From: Octopus sinensis
Lineage: Eukaryota
Length of the DNA: 64,000 nucleotides
Assembly (NCBI RefSeq): GCF_006345805.1
Contig: NC_043002.1
Coordinates: 15,748,001-15,812,000, forward strand
Direction of reading: 5' to 3'
The translations under genes were made by a program, and so were the position numbers. This document shows, piece after piece, positions 54,437 through 64,000 of the stretch. Position 1 is the stretch's first letter. Every line of letters begins with the position of its first letter. The notes beneath the pieces were generated by a model. That model worked only from the letters and a program-made list of their open reading frames with translations. It ran no database searches and was not told where the DNA came from.

Positions 54437-54785
54437 AGGTGCAGTCATGCCTGTGTGATAAGAAGCTTGCTTCCAAAGCACATGGTTTTATGTTCAATTC
54501 CACAACGTGTCTTCATCTACAGCTCTGCGCCGATCCAAGCCGTGTTACTGGATTTGATAGACAAGGACCAAAAGAAATGTGTGTGTGTGTGTGTCTTTGT
54601 TTATGTGTTTGTCCTTATTACCGCTCGACAGCAGGTTTTGGTTTTTATATATCTCCGTAACTTAAATGTCGGCAAAAGAAACTGATCGAATGACCACCAG
54701 AATGTGTTGATTTTTTTGACTAAAATATTGCAAGGCAGTGCTCCAGCATGGCTGCATTCCAATAAGTGAAACAAATGAAAGATAA
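54437..54785 (+). mobile_element. SINE family A, old degenerate copy
   Basis: tgtgtgataagaagcttgcttcc...gtgctccagcatggc...gaaacaaatgaaag. Confidence 0.7.
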
Positions 54786-55213
54786 GTGTGTGTGTGTGTG
54801 TGTGTGTTTGTCTGTTTGTGTGTGAAAAGAGGATTTAATAAATCCAGAATAATACCTCAGTAAGCGCTAACATAATGTCCAGTTAATATTATACTAATCA
54901 GTATAGGTTGATAATCCGAGCCAAAGGTGCAAATTGCAAATCCGAAATCTATCATTAATTCGTATTTGCGTGAATTAATCCAGGTGAGTATCAGCAAAGA
55001 AATAAATAATGATGAATAATGGTCAACCAATCAATGGCGTAGCTAATAGTATAGCAGGGGGGGGGGAGCGATCGTTCCCCGCGAGCACATTTTAAAAAGA
55101 TCCCTTTTATAAAATCAATGAGGTAAATTTATTTGCTATGTGTCACCTGGCCTTTTTTTTAAGTACTCATTCCCACTAAACTTAGAACCTGTCATGAAAT
55201 ACTTTTTATTTCC

Positions 55214-55742
55214 TTTCACATTATTTACATTCGACGGATATTTGTCCTCATCTTGTTTGTTAACACAAAGTTTCGGCTGATATACCCTCCAGCCTTTTTC
55301 AGGGGTCTTGGGGAAATTTCGAACCTGATTTCTCATTCCTAAGGTATTTTTCGATGTTATTATTATTATTATTAATATCCTTATTATTATTGTTACTGTT
55401 CAGGTCACTGCTTTGAATCGAACTCAGAATCTTAGGTTTAGTAGCCCGCGCTCTTAACCACTACACCATATGCCCGTTTGTTGTTATATGTATGTTCTTT
55501 TATCTTTATGCCCACGGCACATGGCGTAGTGATTAAGAGCGCGAGCTCTTAATAACAACAACAACATCGAAAAATACCTTAGGAATGAGAACCCAGGTTC
55601 GAAATTTCCTCAAGACACCTGAAGAAGGCTGGAGAGTATATCAGCCGAAACGTTGTGTTAACAACAAAAAAGATGAGGATAAATATCCGTCGAATTTAAA
55701 TAATCTAAATAATGTACAGAATTCCTCATCTCTTAAATATAG
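55214..55742. mobile_element. Divergent inverted pair of hammerhead-tailed tRNA SINEs (family D)
   Basis: Minus copy 55214-55477 has a full tRNA-like head; plus copy 55510-55742 has a partly deleted head. The bodies are reverse complements of each other. Confidence 0.85.
55614..55659 (+). ncRNA. Penelope-type minimal hammerhead ribozyme motif
   Basis: GACAC-CTGAAGA-A-GGCTG-gagagtatat-CAGCC-GAAA-CG-TT-GTGTT: stem I GACAC/GTGTT, 5-bp stem II, palindromic ACGT in place of stem III. Confidence 0.72.
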
Positions 55743-56394
55743 AACAGTATTTCCTTTCCCATGTTTCATATTAATCAACGATCTGAATCTATGATACATA
55801 GTGGTTTTTAGTTTGAATTGTTCTTTTAATTCATCGGTTATTTTCTCGAACTATACACTTCCTAAAGCTTTTAAAGTATGTAATTCATTCCATGCTCCAT
55901 TCAAGAAAGTGGAGATTTATAGCTGAAAGCAGAGATATATCAAATTTCTTCACATAATTTATTGCCCTATATTTAGTTTTCAGATATAAATCTTTATCAG
56001 ACTGGGGCAAATTGATATTTACATGGAGAAAATAAACGCAGTTGGCAGTTTAATGTCGAATTTAATAACTCTGTGAGGTCTTAGAGTACAAGTCACAGCA
56101 TTCAAAAAAAAAATCGCAGTAACACCATAGCCTATTTGTGTTATCAGTGAAATTCCGCTTTGGGGACGTTGAATTATACTGCATTAAATACAATTTATTC
56201 AAAAGAAATTTTTCAAACAATTGTATATATGAAATATATTTTACAGAAAGGATACATCACGTGATTATAGTTGAGAGACATATTGGCAACGGTTGGAAAT
56301 TAGGTTGAAATTCAATATGGTTGGAAATGGAACTCTTAGAGCTGATAAGTAAGAAAAATAATTAATGGTGAAGTAAAATTTTAATGTATTTTAA

Positions 56395-57499
56395 TGAGAA
56401 ATTACATCAAATTCATTGTTAGGTGCAGACGTGACCGTGTGCAGAGGCGCAAAATGCAGTTGAGTGATAAGAAACATGGTTCCAAACTACATGGTTCCGA
56501 TTTCGCTCCCACTGAGTAGCACCTTGTGGATAGATTTCGTAGATGCAACCTGAAAGAAACCCATCATATAATATATGTGTGTGTGCTTGTGTGTCTCTGT
56601 GTGTCTTTGTGCCTGTCTTTGTTCTCCACAAGCACTTGTCAACCGATGTTGCTGTGTTTACGTTCCTGCAAAATAGCATTTCGGCAAAAGAAACGACAGA
56701 ATATGCACCGGGCTTAAAAAATGAAGTACTATGGGCAATAAATTCGACAAGAAATCCCTCAAGGCTTTGCCCCAGCATGGCCGTAATCAAATGACTGACA
56801 CAAGTAAAAAGATGCAAAATTTTCTGACATAAATTTCTGCTGTAAATTACATATAAGTATTTATGCATCTCATAATAGTTACTTTGGAGCATAATTCCTA
56901 ATTTAATTAACTGATCTTAATTCAGGTTAGCTATGATCGGATGTCTAATAATATATTAGTTTGAGTTATAAGAACAAGTAACATCACTAATTATTGAACT
57001 TATCAATTTGTCTCATGTAAGAACTTAAAATGCCCGAATTCTATTTTTTTTAATCGTTAAAATATAAATATACTTCAGAGCTCTGAAGCTCATTGTGTTT
57101 TGTAACGGGAAATTCTCCTGAAGAAAGGAAATTTTCCCCTGAAGAAAATCACAGTTTTTCTCTTTAAACATACTCAACTATCAATAGAAATTTAACAAAT
57201 AAAACTGCTTCCATTGCATAATTCGAATTTCGTTTGTTTTTGCGATACCTTTGCAAATCAATGAATAGTTTACACACTGTCTGTAGCGTACTTCAGACTA
57301 GATTTTTGCTTCGGAAGTGACACGAGTAAGTGGTAATGATAAGCCGCAATAACGGCGAAATACTTATCTCTCATTTCGTATGTCTAGCACTAAATTATAT
57401 TTATTTTTCTTATTTAACACAATACGTTTACAAAGGGATGTTTCACAGAAAAAAATGTACAACTTCCGATGTTTACCTACTTATACACATTCATTTTGT

Positions 57500-57556
<57 letters not shown>

Positions 57557-58465
57557 ACATTTATTGTCGCATATTCTGGTACTGATGGCATGCATATATC
57601 CTCGTTAAAATCGGTATGAATTTTAACTCCGAATACACGCATACATACACCACACACACACACACACATTTACGACGTGCTTCCACATGGTTTCCGTTTC
57701 TCAGGTGGCATTGGTCGGCCCAGTGCTATAGTACAGAACACATCTCTAATGTTCCCCATAATTGGGCTTAACCTGAAACAATGTGGATGCAAATCTAGAT
57801 TCTTAAACACAAAAGCACGCACACGTATGTGTGTGCGCGCGCGCGCATGGATTTAGGTTGGGATTAGAACTCATTAGACCTCAATATATATATATGCTTC
57901 ACGATAAAGCGTTAGGTGAGTAGAGAGTGTAAATAGGAAAATAAAATCATGGCAAGGAAACAGGAATTATGCTCCAAAGTAACTATTATGAGATGCATAA
58001 ATACTTATGTGTAATTTACAGCAGAAATTTATAGCAGAAAATTTTGCATCTTTTTACTTGTGTCAGTCATTTGATTACGGCCATGCTGGGGCAAAGCCTT
58101 GAGGGATTTCTTGTCAAATTTATTGCCCACAGTACTTCATTTTTAAGCCCGGTGCATATTCTGTCGTTATTTTTGCCGAAATGCTATTTTGCAGGAACGT
58201 AAACACAGCAACATTGGTTGACAAGTGCTTGTGGAGAACAAAGACAGGCACAAAGACACACAGAGACACACACGCACACACACATACATTATATGATAGG
58301 TTTCTTTCAGGTTGCATCTACGAAATCCATTCACAAGGTGCTGTGCAGTGGGAGCGAATTTGGAACCATACGGTTTGGAACCAAGTTTCTTATCACTCAA
58401 CTGCATTTTGCGCCTCATCACACAGTCGCGTTTGCCCCTACCAATGAATTTGATGTAATTTCTCA
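56395..58465. repeat. ~505-bp inverted duplication (old family A SINE plus flanks) around a ~1.06-kb spacer
   Basis: 56395-56899 is a close reverse complement of 57962-58465, including non-SINE sequence on both sides of the SINE. Confidence 0.9.
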
Positions 58466-58545
58466 CATCGTTTCTTTAAATATATTGACTCACACACACA
58501 CAAACACACGCATTTTTTCATACACTGACGCACACATGCTTCTTA

Positions 58546-58962
58546 TTTCTTTATTGCTCACAAGGGGCTAAACATAGAGGGGACAAACAAGGACAGACAA
58601 AGGGATTAAGTCGATTACATCGAATCCAGTGCGTAATTGGTACTTAATTTATCGACCCCGAATGGATGAAAGGCAAAGTCGACTTCGACGGAATTCGAAC
58701 TCAGAACGTAGCGGCAGACGAAATACCTATTTCTTTACTACCCGCAAGGGGCTAAACATAGAGGGGACAAACAAGGACAGACAAGCGGATTAAGTAGATT
58801 ACATCGACTCCAGTGCGTAACTGGTACTTATTTAATCGACCCCGAAAGGATGAAAGGCAAACTCGACTTCGACGGAATTTGAACTCAGAACATAACGGCA
58901 GACGAAATACAGCTACGCATTTCGCCCGGCGTGCTAACGTTTCTGCTAGCTCGCCGCCTTCA
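58546..58962 (-). mobile_element. Nested/tandem dimer of SINE family B (both units with Tx1-like tail)
   Basis: Junction gacgaaatacc|tatttctttac at 58717-58738; single head ending ctcgccgcctt at ~58960. Confidence 0.9.
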
Positions 58963-59594
58963 ATACACACACATTCTTCTATATATTCATACATATAGGG
59001 GGTGAAAACTGTTAACAAATTAAGAGATAAGACTGTCTGCTTTTATAAATAATTAGAAACAGGATCAGAATTTTCAGTCAAGTAAAACCCTTTGCGTTTT
59101 AGCAAGTAAAAATAATACATTGGAGAATTAAGTTTGTTATCTCTAACTGGAATGCAGTGGTCTAGGAGAGAAATACCATTGCAAGATAAGGTGTGCTGAA
59201 GCTATGGCTGACCTGTGGCTGAACTCACTAACAACATCAGCAGTGTACAGGAACAATGGCACAATAGGACAACGTGGATGTATGCGTGTGTATGTGTGTT
59301 TGCAGACACACATACATACAGACAGACAGATATACAGACACACATTACATTACATTTACATGGGATTAGTTTACAATTGAAGGCTGCCCGACTTGTACTA
59401 CCACGACCAACACCATTCTCGCTGCCACCGCCGCCACCACCACCATTTCTGCAGTTGCTGCTGCCGCTGCTATTTCGTTATATGTCGCGCGGGCACCGTT
59501 TCAAAACATTATGAAAATGCACGATGCAATGTTGCACGAAAATAAATGTTATTACATCGCTCTGAATGTCAACAATGACACATGATGCTGCGAC

Positions 59595-59985
59595 TGATGA
59601 TGATGATGACGATGGTTATTTATGATGATGATGATGATGTCGGTGACGAATGAAGCGGCGCTCTATTGATAGTAATGTCGCCAACGACAGGGACAGTTTG
59701 TTTGTTGCTGATGATAACGGCAAATGACGACGACGATGATGATGATAGTAGTGGTGGTAAAGATGATGATGGTGTTGATGATTACGAGATGATGTTAATG
59801 ACGATGACGGAGATGATGATAATGATGATGGTGATGATGATGATGATGGTGATTATGATAATTATTATGATGATGATGGTGATGATGATGGTGATGATGA
59901 TGATGATGATTATGGTGATGATGGTGATGGTGATGATGATGGTGATGATGATGATGATGATTATGGTGATGGTGATGATGATGGA
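59595..59985. repeat. (GAT/GGT)n low-complexity repeat
   Basis: Direct observation; source of the poly-M/I/H ORFs. Confidence 0.95.
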
Positions 59986-60659
59986 GCTGATGAAAATTAT
60001 GAGGACGAAAATGCTGGACGTGTGTCTGGTTCCCTTTTTTTTGCAATGCAACTTACAATTAAAAAATATCTATGTGTACACACATTTGATGAAATGCATA
60101 ATCCTAGATACATTGGCTGAATCGAATATGCGAGGGTCATGTCTGGAGCGCTGAAATCCTACATCTGCTTAATCAGTCTAAAGTAGAGTTGCTAATCAAC
60201 TCTATTTGCAATAACAATAAAAATAACAATACAAAGAATACAACTAATATCCGCAATAATTATGAAATGCAGATGCAAATGGTATTTCCGAACATGTGGT
60301 CGTTTGACTTCCTGAAAGTAACAGCCAAATCCATTCTAACTTATATCCTATTGTATTAATCGAAGAAGGAGTCCGTAGATAATATAATTAAAAGAATACC
60401 AACAAAAACAAAAACAACACAACAAAGAAATCTATTTCAATAGGCGAGATGTTCACAAATGGAATGTCATTCATTGTAGTTCAATTCTATCACGACTGAC
60501 CCGGGGTTAAATGATAACAATAGAAGACGGTGATAACAATAACAACATCATACACTTGTAACAAGCGTAAAACATTTAGCACGTATTCCTACATGAAACG
60601 CGATACAAGGTCGACTCTGATCTGTATGTACTATCGCTGCCACTGCTGACATTGCGAGA

Positions 60660-60882
60660 ACTACTACCACTACTACCACCACCACCACCACCACTACTAC
60701 TACTACCACCACCACCAATACTACTACTACTATCATCAACATCAATACACCCGTTGTTACTATTACTGCTGCGTCAACTACAACTTAGCAGCTACTACGC
60801 TGCCCATTACTCTGAAAAACAACAACAAATACTACTACTACTACTTCTATTACTACCACTGCTATTACTATTACCGTTACTG
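60660..60882. repeat. (TAC/CAC)n low-complexity repeat
   Basis: Direct observation. Confidence 0.9.
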
Positions 60883-63800
60883 TAGGCAGTGCTGCTAATA
60901 CAACCGAGCGCCGGGTTAAGGAGGGCCTCGGTAGTGTTTTTATTATTTTTATTATTTATTATTTGATAATTTATTTTAATATTTCGTTAGTTTTTCTTTC
61001 AATATTGTCATTAGTATTATTATTACTATCATTATTATAATTATTATTATTATTTGTTGATCTTTTTTTTTTCGCATGCGAAAAAATGCTTGGAATGTTT
61101 CTGATGCAAAAGAGCTGATGGAAGGAAGAAAGAAATACGAAATACGAGGCGCAGGCATATAGAAAATAGAAATAGAAGAAGAAAGCAAACGAAAAAAAAA
61201 AATTGTATAGAGATTGGAATTTCATACGCCAAACGGAAACACCCTATGATGGAGCCTTTACAATGCTGGTCCACTTGCTAGATATAGGAACCAAATCTCC
61301 CACGAATCGCATTCCACTACCCGAGGAGAGAAACGAACACGTTGGATAATGTAACGGTAGATACCTGTAAGAAGACGTCTTCTTTGCTAAGGTGTTTTTT
61401 TCCTTTTTTTGGTCTATGTGCGTTTCCACATAACTATGCACATTTAAGGGCTGCCTTGGAGCTAAAAAGAGCAACAACAATAATTGAAATGCCATTACCA
61501 ACACTCACGATATTTATGAAAATATCTAATGCAAACACAATTTATTCATACACACCCGCTTAAGACATATACACGCTTAACACAGAACGATAACACACAC
61601 ACACATACACGCATATATATATATACAAGCGCGCACACACAGACATATCCCGAGAGAGAGAGAAAGAGAGAGACGTTGATTGCTAATTAAGCATATTCTT
61701 TTAGCTATCTTTCAATCGCTTAATTTGTATGTCTATCGTTCCAACTATTTCATATTTCCTGCTCATTTAGGCGTCTGTCTTTCGGCTGTTTCTTTTTTTA
61801 GATTATTATTATTATTATTATTATTTTCTATTCGTCTATATAGGACATGCAATAGGAATCTTTTAAGTCAGGCAAATTCCCTGATGCGTGGAATGTTTTA
61901 AACTGTACATATATGAATAGACACAAGTTTGAATGTATTTATGTGTATGTATGTATATAAAAACAAGTCGTTAAGTGAGCGAGAAAGAAAGGCTGAAGAC
62001 CACACATACACGCACAATATATATATATATACACATATATATATATATGTGCTGCATGAATAGGGATGTGTGCAGACGGTAACATAAAACAAGCTCATCT
62101 TTTCAGTCGTTCGCAGCCACTTCAGTATCCGTCTTAGTTGGAGATGCCTATGCGTGCGTGCATCGGAGCTTTAGACTCGATAGTGATTGCCTAGTCGTGC
62201 AGAAAAGCGAGGAAAGGAGAGAAATAAGAGAAAGCAAAACAAATATAAACACACTTTTTGGTTATTCACGAGTGCAACAACTGAGTCCCTACTCAGTCGC
62301 TAGAAGGAGCAGCCAAACCTTTTACAAACTACATAACAAAAAAAAAACGAAATGGTAAATGATAATATATTGAAGTCCTGGATATAATAATAAACTGGCT
62401 GAAAATTGAAAGCAAAAGTAATAGTAATTATAATTATAAATATATACAGGCTTTTTTTTTTCGATTGGAAACAATGCTACTCGTCGTAAGTGAGTTCCAC
62501 CAAGAGTTGACTCCAGGCTAAACGACAACAGGAACTCTGAATAACACTGCAATCATTATTAAATGCTACAACTGCACAGCTACTTACATATTACTTCTAA
62601 CACAAGGGTAAGGAGAGCAACAACACCAACAGATATGACAAATTCGTCCAAATGAATACTTATTACTAGCAGAAGTAGGTGTGTAATCCCCTTTCTTTCC
62701 TTGTGCACCCACTCGCACCTTATCTCGTGTGTAACGTTTAGTTATTCAATCCTCCTCTCACCACTCCTCTTACCTCCCTCTCTCTCTCACTCATTCTCTC
62801 TCACCCAGCCTAACTAACCGTCTATCTGTCTGTTTCTCTTACACCTTCCTTTTTCACTGTATTTTTCTCTCATTCATTTTCTCGCTCCTTTCATGGTTAC
62901 CGTAACGAGTAACATCAACAAAGGTAACGGGTACCAGCGAATCGTCTCTGTGGTGGTCCGACTTACTGGAAATAACAGCTGAATTTACACCCTTAGACAC
63001 GAATTGCCCCCTAAGGTTTCAAGCACACACACACACATATATATATATACACAGAGTCCTGTTCACCAGTGTCTGACGAAAACGAGATGGAATGGTCACG
63101 ACTGGATTATCTTTGATCATGGCTCTGCTCGATCAGGGCTGACCAGAGGCTAACGAACTACTACAAAGATATCAACTGCTACAGACAACAAATCGCTATG
63201 TAAGCTGCAACAACTGTAATAAAACTTTATGTGGTTTGTCATCAGTAAAAAAAACCGCAAATATGAACAACAAACAAAACTCTCATTCGTTCCACTTATA
63301 TTATTAATAACAAGAGCAACAGCAGTCATATACACACACATTCTCTCGCTTTACTAACTACTACCACTTCTTTTCTACCACCTCCACCACCACTAACATC
63401 ACCATCATCAGCACAACGAGAACCAATCAGCACTAACAACTCAAACAACACCACTACCATCACCACCACCCTTACTCTCCACAACGTGATGCCCTCGATA
63501 CAATTATTATCATTATGGAATTTATCGCACGGTTAACAGCCGGTATAATCGTGGCTTCTTCTAAAAACAATATGAAACAAATATCACAAACGTGTCTGTG
63601 AAGCCCACATATAGTTAAAGTTTACCAAATAGTATTACAAATAAGGGGTAAATGTTAATACTAACAACGGATTCACGACCTTTATAATTTTTTGTTCTTG
63701 GTTTGTCTAAACAAGTTCTTTTTTAGTTACTGTTTTTATTTATATGTTGCTCAATAGATTAATATTAGATATTGTTAAAACATTCACATTTGAATACATT

Positions 63801-64000
63801 TATTCATAAACCCATTGATACAAACACACATAACCATATATATATATATATATGCACACAAATACACACACACACTACACACTATTGATTTAGGATTAAT
63901 ATATCCAATTATAGTTAGAGTGGTTGCATATTCCTAAGTACACATAAGTATATTTTGACGAGAAGCTAACCTGGAAAGATATATTTTTCTACCCAACTTT

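Noticed and set aside
59666-60154. Met-rich 162-aa ORF and His-rich antisense ORF
   Set aside because: Products of a (GAT/GGT)n repeat that is open in several frames.

Overview
AT-rich, repeat-dominated animal genomic DNA. The SINE families and dense (TA)n/(CA)n/(GATA)n microsatellites suggest an octopod cephalopod (inference). No host protein-coding gene can be supported; nearly all short ORFs are microsatellite or SINE artefacts. The main feature is a near full-length but inactivated ~6.2 kb Tx1-like (L1 clade) non-LTR retrotransposon on the minus strand (~10373-16590), flanked on both sides by (GATA)n. Its last ~43 nt match the 3' tail of a young tRNA-derived SINE family that repeatedly forms nested or tandem copies with an identical junction. 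The window also holds several Penelope-type minimal hammerhead ribozyme motifs: one near-perfect motif at 18950-18987 and one carried by a tRNA-headed SINE found as divergent inverted pairs. Other content: a Naiad-like Penelope remnant, three Helitron derivatives, mariner, CR1 and RTE fossils, several MITEs, a fold-back palindrome inside the LINE ORF1, and a ~500 bp inverted duplication.
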